From an uncultured Chloroflexia bacterium (lineage in GTDB: Bacteria > Chloroflexota > Anaerolineae > Anaerolineales > Anaerolineaceae): a DNA stretch of 32,000 nt. Below the pieces are notes generated by a model that saw only the letters and a list, made by a program, of their open reading frames with translations, did no database searches and was not told where the DNA came from. Location of the stretch: the NCBI GenBank assembly GCA_963704755.1, contig OY969938.1, positions 1,650,001-1,682,000 on the forward strand, written 5' to 3'. A program made the position numbers and the translations under genes. Numbering within the stretch: position 1 is the stretch's first letter; each line of letters begins with the position of its first letter. Below are positions 24,672-32,000 of the stretch, in pieces.

Positions 24672-25937
24672 ATGGCAGAAATCGTCGTACTGGGAACCCA
24701 AGGGTTCTTTCATCACGCCCAACCGCTCCAGGAACATTATGGCAGCCGCCTGCTGATCGAAGCCGACTACTCACCCGAGAAAGTGGCTGCCCATCACCCG
24801 GATATCCTGATTACCTTCGAAGCCAGCAACCCCCAACGGGGGTTGTGTACCGCCGAAATGATGCGCCGTGGGGTGGCCACCCTGCTCGTGATGGATGGCA
24901 TCCAGGAATGGCGCAATACCTGGTCGCGCACCCATGGAACGTTAAAACGCCCGCTCAACCAACCGGCACTGGTCCACAAGATCGCCTGTTTGGGCCGAGT
25001 GGATGCCCACCTGTACGAATCCTGGGGAAATGTGGGCAAATGCGAACTGGTCGGTGCGCCTCGGCTGGATGACCTGGTCACCAGCCGGCGCCCCGGCCGT
25101 AGTGAACCAGTCAGCGGCCGGCCAATGCGCTTACTGGTGATGACCGCCCGTACACCGGGCTTCACACCCGAAGAGACCGAGGTCACCCTGCAATCCCTGC
25201 GGGATTTGCAAACCGAGCTCGCCGGCCGGGAAGATATTCAAGTAGTGTGGCGCATTTCGAAGGGCCTGCACCTGAAACTAGGGGTGCAAAACACCTATAA
25301 CTCGGCCACCGGCGAAGAGCTGCACGAACTGCTTCCGCAGATGGATGCCGTGATCACCACGCCCTCCACTACCCAACTGGAAGCCATGCTGTCAGGCATC
25401 CCGGTCGCCTTGCTCAACTACCACCGCGTGCCGGTCTATACCCCGGCTGCCTGGGAAATCAAATACGAAGGCCAGATCCACCCCGTACTGGAGGAACTGA
25501 TCGCTCCCCCGCTGGAACGGATCATCTACCAGGAGTACTGCCTGAATGAATCACTGGCCTGCACCAGCCCGGCCCTGCCCCGCCTGATCGCCCTGATCGA
25601 CGAGATGATCCGCATCAAAAAATCCCACGACAATTCCGGGGACGTGGAATTAACCTTTCCGGACCGCATTCTCAACGCCGCTGAGCCGTTTGTGGCCTGG
25701 CCCAGCCAACCCTTCGACCTGGAAAGACTTTACCCCGATCACCCAGTTTTTGGCCATCGAGACCTGGTTCAGCTTCAATCCGAGCTAGACGCAGCCCTCA
25801 TCACTGTCGAACAACTCAAGAGCCAGGTCAGCACGCTCACGGCTCGGTTACACCGCATCCCCGGTTACACCTTTTTTCGTGACATCGTCCTAAATTTCCA
25901 GAAAAAATTCTTCCTGGGAGGGCATTCACGGGTATGA
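24672..25937 (+). CDS. GT-B-fold transferase-like protein (TagF/KpsS-like by layout) with a C-terminal coiled-coil segment; function unknown
   Basis: I placed the start at ATG 24672, with AAGGAA upstream. The 24507 extension overlaps kdsA. It shows the pattern GAPRLDDL...RLLVMTARTPGF...LHELLPQMDAVITTPSTTQLEAMLSGIPVALL, typical of GT-B C-terminal domains. A heptad-like stretch LVQLQSELDAALITVEQLKSQVSTLTARL lies near the C-terminus. Confidence 0.45.
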   Translation: MAEIVVLGTQGFFHHAQPLQEHYGSRLLIEADYSPEKVAAHHPDILITFEASNPQRGLCTAEMMRRGVATLLVMDGIQEWRNTWSRTHGTLKRPLNQPALVHKIACLGRVDAHLYESWGNVGKCELVGAPRLDDLVTSRRPGRSEPVSGRPMRLLVMTARTPGFTPEETEVTLQSLRDLQTELAGREDIQVVWRISKGLHLKLGVQNTYNSATGEELHELLPQMDAVITTPSTTQLEAMLSGIPVALLNYHRVPVYTPAAWEIKYEGQIHPVLEELIAPPLERIIYQEYCLNESLACTSPALPRLIALIDEMIRIKKSHDNSGDVELTFPDRILNAAEPFVAWPSQPFDLERLYPDHPVFGHRDLVQLQSELDAALITVEQLKSQVSTLTARLHRIPGYTFFRDIVLNFQKKFFLGGHSRV

Positions 25938-27085
25938 AAAAGCCCATCATCCTCATCGCACATTACCGCCCCGACATCGTCAGCGGGGCCGAACGCGCTA
26001 TCGCCGACATGGTTTCCTGCCTGGATGCTAATCTCGAGATCATCATGCTCACCCCCGGCCCGGGTCCCCTGGCCGATTTCTATCGCAGGGGCGGGTTCAA
26101 GGTCTGGGCCGAGGCGGTCTCAACCCCGCGGCGGCTTTTCCCCGGTCTGCACCATTACCAGTCACTGCGCATGGCCGAGCGACTGCGCAGCGCCGGCGTC
26201 GACGCAGTTGTTTGCAACACCTTCGCCGCTGCCAGCCGCATCGGTACGGCCAGCCGGATGGCCGGCCTTCCCTACGCCATTTACGCGCGCGAATACATCT
26301 CCAACAAACCGCTTTACCGCCAGATTCTGCAGAAAGCCGACCTGATTCTGGCCGTTTCGGCCGATGTCGCCGCCCATTACAAATCCCTGGCCGGGAACAC
26401 CCCCATTCGGGTGGCCTACGACAACATCCTCATCCAGCCGATCCAGGAACGGATCGTCCAAAGCGACCGGGAAGGCGCCCGCCGGCTGCCTTTCGACAAC
26501 AACGAGCCGGTGGCCGGGTGGGTGGGGCGGATTACCCCTTACAAACAGCCCGAACTTTTTATGCGAGCCATCCCCCACATCATCGACCGGGTCCCGCGGG
26601 CCCGTTTTATCCTGGTCGGCGAAGCCAAGCCGAAAGAAAAATTCCTGGAAGAGCGCCTGCGTGAACTGGCCCTGGAACTGGGTATCTCCGACCGGCTGTC
26701 TTTTCTCGGCCGGCGCAAGGATGTACCTGAATTGATGCACGAGATGAGCGTCCTCTGCCTGACCTCCACCCGCGAGCCTTTTGCGCGGGTCATCCTGGAA
26801 GCCCAGGTGGTTGGCTGCCCGGTTGTGGCATCCCTGAGCGGGGGCGTCCCCGAGGTCATCCAGGACGAAGTCAATGGCCTGATGTTCGACGCCCTGGTTC
26901 CCGACGCGCCTGAGCTGCTGGCCAACCGGGTGGTGCGTTTGATGGAAAATCACCAACTGGCCGAACGGTTAGCCACGCGGGCCAGCGAAACGGTGGCGTC
27001 CGGCTACGGCTCCGACCGGCCGGTGCGTGAATTCGAAGCCATCCTGACCAGCCTGGCCCAAAAGGAGACCTCTCTTGCCCTCTAA
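25934..27085 (+). CDS. Glycosyltransferase family 4
   Basis: 383 aa. The N-terminus is SGAERAIADM. The C-terminal domain reads WVGRITPYKQPELFMRA...FILVGEA...LSFLGRRKDVPELMHEMSVLCLTSTREPFARVILEAQVVGCPVVASLSGGVPEVIQDEVNGLMF (EX7E). It has an ATGA overlap with the upstream gene. Confidence 0.88.
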   Translation: MKKPIILIAHYRPDIVSGAERAIADMVSCLDANLEIIMLTPGPGPLADFYRRGGFKVWAEAVSTPRRLFPGLHHYQSLRMAERLRSAGVDAVVCNTFAAASRIGTASRMAGLPYAIYAREYISNKPLYRQILQKADLILAVSADVAAHYKSLAGNTPIRVAYDNILIQPIQERIVQSDREGARRLPFDNNEPVAGWVGRITPYKQPELFMRAIPHIIDRVPRARFILVGEAKPKEKFLEERLRELALELGISDRLSFLGRRKDVPELMHEMSVLCLTSTREPFARVILEAQVVGCPVVASLSGGVPEVIQDEVNGLMFDALVPDAPELLANRVVRLMENHQLAERLATRASETVASGYGSDRPVREFEAILTSLAQKETSLAL

Positions 27086-28256
27086 GCCCCCTACGGTTGC
27101 CGTCGTTTATCGCCTGGACCATCCTGGCGGCACTCAATCCGTCTGCCTGGCCTTGATCCGTGGGCTGAACCGCCAGGGCATTACCCCCGATATCTTGTGG
27201 GACCTGCCGCCCAGCCCGTCGCTGCTGCAAAAAGCCAACTGCCAGGCCGCTTACCAGCCTCTGAAATACCCCATCTCTACTCGCCTGACCGACAAAATGC
27301 CGGCTTCGCTGCGTTACCTGGCCTGGATCATCAACACTTACGATGGCAGCCGGCTGGCCAAACGCTACGATTTCTATTACATCTTCCACAACGGTTTCGT
27401 GCCGCCCGCCGGCGCTGCCCACCTGCGCTATTTGAACGGGCCTCCGCTGCTGCCGCAGTTGTGGATTATCCCGCCCGGGCCACGCGGCTGGCCGGTGCGC
27501 TTCTTTGGCTGGCTGTACCATACCTTGTTGTACCGCTGGCTGCCGGCCTATGAATACCACACCGAAAGCCCGTCAGTGGTCAACTCGCATAACATCGCCG
27601 GATTGTTCGAGGAAGCCCATGGGGTCCGTTTGCCGGTGGTGTACCCGCCCGTCAACCTGGATGGACGCAGTTTCGACCCGGCCGACTTCAGCCAGCGCGA
27701 TACGCTGACCTTCTTCTCACGAATCGTCGATTACAAGCGGCCCGACCTGGTTATCGACCTGGCCGCCCGCAACCCGTCCCAGCGCTGTGTGATCATGGGC
27801 GGGGTGCCGCCCCACCGGATGCCCTTCTTCGAATCCTTACAAACCCTGGCGCGGGAATTAGGCCTGGAAAACACCATTTTTCTGGCCAACCCCAGCGACG
27901 AACGGGTGCGGGCCGAACTGGCCAGGACCCGCTTCTACGTATTCCCGGCTGCCAACGAGCACTTCGGCATCACCACCGTCGAGGCGGCCGCTTCCGGGGC
28001 TATTCCATTCGTGCACAATTCCGGTGGCCAGCGCGAGATCGTCCCGATCGAGTGCCTGCGCTTCGACTATGATAATTTCTACCAAAAATTCACCGACCTG
28101 GCCAAAAAGTCGGATTTCGAATTGAACGCCATGCGGCTGAAGCTGGCCCGGCACGTCCACCAGTTCTCCGAGGAGTACGCGGTGGCGCAAATGCTGGATT
28201 ACCTGCCGGGCGATAACGGGCATATCCCAATGCAGGCCGAGGGAGCCCCCGCATGA
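27075..28256 (+). CDS. Glycosyltransferase family 4-like
   Basis: 393 aa with a TTG start preceded by AAGGAG. The GT4 core is LTFFSRIVDYKRPDL...FPAANEHFGITTVEAAASGAIPFVHNSGGQREIV. Confidence 0.8.
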   Translation: MPSKPPTVAVVYRLDHPGGTQSVCLALIRGLNRQGITPDILWDLPPSPSLLQKANCQAAYQPLKYPISTRLTDKMPASLRYLAWIINTYDGSRLAKRYDFYYIFHNGFVPPAGAAHLRYLNGPPLLPQLWIIPPGPRGWPVRFFGWLYHTLLYRWLPAYEYHTESPSVVNSHNIAGLFEEAHGVRLPVVYPPVNLDGRSFDPADFSQRDTLTFFSRIVDYKRPDLVIDLAARNPSQRCVIMGGVPPHRMPFFESLQTLARELGLENTIFLANPSDERVRAELARTRFYVFPAANEHFGITTVEAAASGAIPFVHNSGGQREIVPIECLRFDYDNFYQKFTDLAKKSDFELNAMRLKLARHVHQFSEEYAVAQMLDYLPGDNGHIPMQAEGAPA

Positions 28257-29086
28257 CCGGAAAACTGATCATCTTCTGGGATTTCGATGCCCAATGGGGC
28301 GCCGAACGTTCCCGTTCCGGCGGCGGGCCGAAAAATTGGGGCGCCTTGGAATTCCCCAATACCGAACGTCTGCTCGAGCTGCACGCCCAGGCCGGTATCC
28401 CGGCCTGCTTTGCCGTGGTCGGTGAAGTGGCCTTGCCCGGCGAACGGCCCTATCACGACCCGCGCCTGGTGCGCCGCATCGCCGAGGCCGGGCACGAAGT
28501 CGCCAGCCAGGCCATGAAACACGAATGGCTGCCGGCCCTCGACCGGCCGGCCCTGGTCCAGGTGCTGCGGGACAGCAAAGACGCATTGGAACAGTGCATC
28601 GCCGCCCCGGTCAAAACCTTCGTGCCGCCCTTCAACCAACCCTTCGATTTTCCGGCCCGCGGCTCCTTCAGCCTGTCCGAGCGGCGCGAAGTGCCCCAAA
28701 ACCGCACCGACCTGCCCGGCCTGTGCCGCGGTTTGCGCGAGTGCGGCTACGATTTCGTCCGGGTAGCTTATACCCGCCCGGTAGACCGCATCAAAACCCT
28801 GCTGAAAAGCTCCCGCAACGGCCACCCGGCCCACCCGGAGACGATCCAGGGGATCACCGCCCTGCGCCTGAACAGCCACGCCGGTTTCAATCAGGATACC
28901 CTCACATTGATCGAAAACACCATGAACCAGGGCGGATACGCGATCGCTTATGGCCACCCGCATTCGCTGAGCCTATCCAGCGCCCAATCGGAACGTTTCT
29001 TTCTGCCCTTCCTGGAGCAGGTCAAAGCCTGGGTCGCTGAAGCTCGCCTCCAGGTAATTCTCCCTTCACAACTATGCATCTCGTAA
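28253..29086 (+). CDS. Polysaccharide deacetylase (CE4/NodB)-like protein, divergent
   Basis: 277 aa. IIFWDFDAQWG resembles the DxE/DD first motif of CE4 subfamilies. AGHEVASQAMKHEW resembles the GHE(I/V)(G/A)SH..H metal motif but has Gln at the first His position. FVPPFNQP resembles the R/xPxx motif. This is a by-eye alignment only. Confidence 0.45.
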   Translation: MTGKLIIFWDFDAQWGAERSRSGGGPKNWGALEFPNTERLLELHAQAGIPACFAVVGEVALPGERPYHDPRLVRRIAEAGHEVASQAMKHEWLPALDRPALVQVLRDSKDALEQCIAAPVKTFVPPFNQPFDFPARGSFSLSERREVPQNRTDLPGLCRGLRECGYDFVRVAYTRPVDRIKTLLKSSRNGHPAHPETIQGITALRLNSHAGFNQDTLTLIENTMNQGGYAIAYGHPHSLSLSSAQSERFFLPFLEQVKAWVAEARLQVILPSQLCIS

Positions 29087-30243
29087 TCGTCTCCTTCAAG
29101 CAGTGTTGGCAGGGACAAGACGGAGCCTGGTTCTCATCCGGGGGGTTCCCCTACCAGATCGCGGCGATCAGCTCGCTCTTCGAGCGGGTCACCCTGGTGG
29201 TGGTCAAATGTGCCTTCCGGCCCGGTGGGATTCCCTTACCGCCTAACGCGGAAGTGGTGGGCATGCGGCCGCCGCTCGGCTCGGACTTGCAGCGCAAGAA
29301 AGACGTCCTGCGCCAGTTTCCCTATTACATCCGCACCATTGGTTCAGCCATCCGCCAGGCCGACGTAGTCCACACCCCCCTGCCCGGTGACCTGCCGCTG
29401 GTGGCCATGCTCATCACCATCTTGATGGGTAAACGGCTGATCGCCCGCTACGGCGGCTCCTGGGAGCGCAACGCGCAGAACACCCGCGCCAACGACCTGA
29501 CCCGCCTGGTCATGCGTACCTTCGCCGGTGGGCGACGGGTCATGCTGGTCACAGGGGTGGGCACCACCCCACCGGGCAGGAACATGCACTGGATGTTTTC
29601 GACTGCCCTGTCGCGTAACGAGCTTTCCAGCACCAAACCCGTGCTGGATCGCGGCATCCATCGACCCGCCCGGTTGGCTTACCTGGGACGCTTTTCTCCG
29701 GAAAAAGGGGTATCGGTCCTGTTACAGGCCATGGCCCGCCTCTCGGCCGATCACTTCGAACCCATGCCCCACCTGGTGCTGGTTGGGGATGGTCCCCAAC
29801 ACCAGGAATTGAAATCCCTGGCGGATGGGTTGAAGCTGGATGGGACCGTGAGTTTTGCCGGCCAGCTCGACCGGGCGCACCTTTCCGCCGAACTGGACAG
29901 CGTCGATCTGTGTGTGCAGCCTTCGTTAACCGAAAGCTTCAGCAAAGCCTGGTTGGATGCCTTCGCCCACGGGCACCCGGTGATCACCAGCGATGTCGGG
30001 GCTTCGCAAGACGTGATCGGCCGGCCGGGTGAGCGCGGCTGGATCCTCCCACCCGGGAACGTGGACCGGTTGACCGACTGCCTGAAAACCGTCCTGTCGT
30101 CCGACATCGATTGGCCATCCATGCGCCGCCGCTGCCGTACTTATGCCGAACAATTCACCCTGGAAGATTGGGCCGACCGTATCGGTAAAATCTGTGCGGC
30201 CCAATGGAAGATTCCTTACCAACAAGGCAAATTAAGCCAATGA
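29074..30243 (+). CDS. Glycosyltransferase family 4
   Basis: 389 aa. YLGRFSPEKGVSVLLQAMARL...LVLVGDGPQHQELKSLA...VSFAGQL...VDLCVQPSLTESFSKAWLDAFAHGHPVITSDVGASQDVI matches the GT4 C-terminal domain. Confidence 0.85.
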   Translation: MHLVIVSFKQCWQGQDGAWFSSGGFPYQIAAISSLFERVTLVVVKCAFRPGGIPLPPNAEVVGMRPPLGSDLQRKKDVLRQFPYYIRTIGSAIRQADVVHTPLPGDLPLVAMLITILMGKRLIARYGGSWERNAQNTRANDLTRLVMRTFAGGRRVMLVTGVGTTPPGRNMHWMFSTALSRNELSSTKPVLDRGIHRPARLAYLGRFSPEKGVSVLLQAMARLSADHFEPMPHLVLVGDGPQHQELKSLADGLKLDGTVSFAGQLDRAHLSAELDSVDLCVQPSLTESFSKAWLDAFAHGHPVITSDVGASQDVIGRPGERGWILPPGNVDRLTDCLKTVLSSDIDWPSMRRRCRTYAEQFTLEDWADRIGKICAAQWKIPYQQGKLSQ

Positions 30244-31682
30244 GGACTTTAACTCCTGCTGTTGTAGAACAAACCCGGTTGAATGCTCACACGCGCCGCA
30301 TCAGCCGGCCAGAAACTCCCTTAGCCGAGGTCTGGGCCAAACGCCTGGTCGTGTTTATGCTGGTAGCCTGGCCGTTGACCTTCGTTTTCGGCTTTACTCC
30401 TATGCTCACCATCATGAATCTGGCCGGCTTGGCCCTGGCCATGATCGGCTTACGCTTGAAACCGGTCGGATTGATGGGCATCGCGGTCATGTGCACCCTC
30501 GATACATTGACCCGCAACCTGATGGCCACCGGCGGCTTGTGGCGTTGGAACACCCTGAATTACTGGCTCGTATTGGTGATCCTGGTCAACCTGCCCTTCT
30601 TGCTGCGTTTTACCGATATCCAGAGCCGCTTGCTGCAAGTCTTCCTGGTGCTGCTGACGGTCATGCTGTTGATCAGCTTTTACGTCCAATTGGGCATCCA
30701 GGATATCCTGAACATTGGGGCGACTTTTGGGATTCTGTATTATTTCATTCGCGCCATCGAGGATAAAAAGGTCTTGTACTGGGTCGGCGTCGTATGCGGG
30801 ACAACGGCCGCCCTGGGCGGGCTGGCGTTCTATTTCCAAATGGGCGGCCTGCCCTATATCGACCCCAATTCGCTGACCCAGTTGCCCTTGACCGGCCTGT
30901 TCGCCATCTGTTTTGCCATGCCCCAGGCGGGCAACTTCAAACGCGGGCGTCTAGTCCTGCTGATGCTCACCAGCATTAACATCGTGTGGATATTCCTCAG
31001 CGGCAGCCGCGGCAGCCTGTTGACCTCATTCGTCTGCCTGGCCTTCCTGATCGTGCAAATGCGCAGCCTGACCTGGACCACCTTGTTGATCGGTGTGGGC
31101 CTGGTTTTGATCTTCTGGTTCTCGAATATCCTGCTCGACCAGCAGGCCTATGCCCTGCATCGCTTCTCGAAATTCCTGGATTCATCCTATACCCTGGCCC
31201 AACGCACCAGCGGCCGGTCGGTCATTTTTTGGACCGGCTGGCAAATCTTCCTGCAAAGGCCATTGGGCCTGGGCACCGGCAGCTTCCGCGGTGGTACGGG
31301 CTATCTTGACATCGTCGGCGGCAAGAGCCTGTCGGCCCATTCGGCCTGGATCAAGACCCTGGCCGAGAACGGTGCCGAAGGGTTCCTGCTGTTGGCATCC
31401 TGGGTGCTGTCTTTTGGCATCAGCGGGCTGCACCGTAAAGACCGCGATGTGACCTTGATCGGCTTGTTCACCACCGCGATCCTGATCGACGTATTCGTAA
31501 CCCAGGAGTTCCAGGGCAAAAACCTGTGGTTCCTGGTCGCCGGTTCAACCGCCATTCTCAACGCTGAACAATACAAAGGTCTGACCGACAAAGTCGGGCG
31601 GATCGCCAACCGGTACCGGCGGCGGGTCAAGCCGGCGCCTAAACCGAAAATCGAATTGGAGGCTGCTCCAGATGAAGGCTAG
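30240..31682 (+). CDS. O-antigen ligase / Wzy_C-family polytopic membrane protein (WaaL-, Wzy- or O-oligosaccharyltransferase-like)
   Basis: ATG 30240 forms an ATGA overlap with the upstream stop (the alternative is ATG 30204). It has 10 or more hydrophobic segments. The Wzy_C-type core is FLSGSRGSLLTSFVCLAFLI ... SAHSAWIKTLAENGAEGFLLL. The C-terminal tail is basic. Confidence 0.8.
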   Translation: MRTLTPAVVEQTRLNAHTRRISRPETPLAEVWAKRLVVFMLVAWPLTFVFGFTPMLTIMNLAGLALAMIGLRLKPVGLMGIAVMCTLDTLTRNLMATGGLWRWNTLNYWLVLVILVNLPFLLRFTDIQSRLLQVFLVLLTVMLLISFYVQLGIQDILNIGATFGILYYFIRAIEDKKVLYWVGVVCGTTAALGGLAFYFQMGGLPYIDPNSLTQLPLTGLFAICFAMPQAGNFKRGRLVLLMLTSINIVWIFLSGSRGSLLTSFVCLAFLIVQMRSLTWTTLLIGVGLVLIFWFSNILLDQQAYALHRFSKFLDSSYTLAQRTSGRSVIFWTGWQIFLQRPLGLGTGSFRGGTGYLDIVGGKSLSAHSAWIKTLAENGAEGFLLLASWVLSFGISGLHRKDRDVTLIGLFTTAILIDVFVTQEFQGKNLWFLVAGSTAILNAEQYKGLTDKVGRIANRYRRRVKPAPKPKIELEAAPDEG

Positions 31683-32000
31683 GCTGCGCGTGGCAATGAT
31701 CGCCGGTGAGCTGGGCCAGAGTGGCGCCGAAAAACAGCTCTATTACGTCGCCCAGGCGCTGATCAATGCCGGGGTGGACGTACGGGTATACTGCCTGACC
31801 CAGGGTGAGTATTTCGAGACGTACCTGCAAAAAGCTGGCGTCCCGGTGGAATGGGTGGGCCACGAGGGCCAGCCGTTCCTGCGCGTGGCGCGGATCTTGC
31901 AAAAGGTCCTGGCTTTCAGGCCTCATTTGATCTACTCAACTCACTTTTACACCAACCTGTATGCAGCCATCGCCGGCCGCCTGACCGGAACGCTCTCGAT
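31672..32000 (+). CDS. Glycosyltransferase family 4 (N-terminal part only; truncated by the window end)
   Basis: This ORF is not in the supplied track. My own translation from ATG 31672 is open to the window end: MKARLRVAMIAGELGQSGAEKQLYYVAQALINAGVDVRVYCLTQGEYFETYLQKAGVPVEWVGHE... This is a typical Glyco_trans_4 N-terminal pattern (G..G.EKQ). It has an 11-nt overlap with the upstream gene. Confidence 0.6.
   Translation, partial: MKARLRVAMIAGELGQSGAEKQLYYVAQALINAGVDVRVYCLTQGEYFETYLQKAGVPVEWVGHEGQPFLRVARILQKVLAFRPHLIYSTHFYTNLYAAIAGRLTGTLS

Noticed and set aside
1-32000. A search by eye for CRISPR repeats, tRNA/rRNA genes, transposase/integrase genes, terminal inverted repeats of IS elements, and long direct repeats
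   Set aside because: I found none. The only notable nucleotide-level repeats are the two hairpins at 1493-1543 and 1592-1638 and the conserved GTCAATGA(G/A)TGA junctions. A computational repeat scan would be needed to exclude short dispersed repeats.

Overview
The window reads as one long, same-strand (+) glycan biosynthesis locus of about 27 tightly packed genes. Many gene junctions are ATGA or 8-11 nt start/stop overlaps, so it probably consists of a few long operons.

Gene order:
- Two small secreted proteins, then a 280-nt spacer with two long hairpins.
- A Wzm/Wzt ABC exporter; Wzt carries a C-terminal glycan-binding-type extension.
- A GT2 glycosyltransferase, then rfbF (CDP-glucose synthesis) and an SDR epimerase/dehydratase.
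- Three tandem FemABX/GNAT-like paralogues; the third has an in-frame TAA.
- An AsnB-like amidotransferase and a TylC3-like sugar C-methyltransferase.
- An APH-fold kinase and a signal-less ConA-like protein.
- Three further tandem Zn-ribbon methyltransferase paralogues.
- GT4 and GT2 glycosyltransferases, then a CMP-Kdo module (kdsB-kdsD-kdsA).
- A GT-B protein with a coiled-coil tail, two GT4 genes, a CE4-like protein and another GT4.
- A Wzy_C/O-antigen-ligase-family membrane protein and the start of another GT4.

I saw no rRNA, tRNA, CRISPR array, transposase or integrase.

The parts least explained by textbook O-antigen or S-layer glycan loci are:
- the FemABX-like triplet together with the AsnB-like enzyme;
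- the methyltransferase triplet with conserved overlap junctions;
- the kinase / ConA-like insert;
- a CBD-bearing Wzt sitting alongside both methyl/phospho-type and Kdo-type candidate chain-terminating chemistries.

All family assignments come from motifs read by eye in the supplied translations. No database search was run. The taxon cannot be determined from this window alone.
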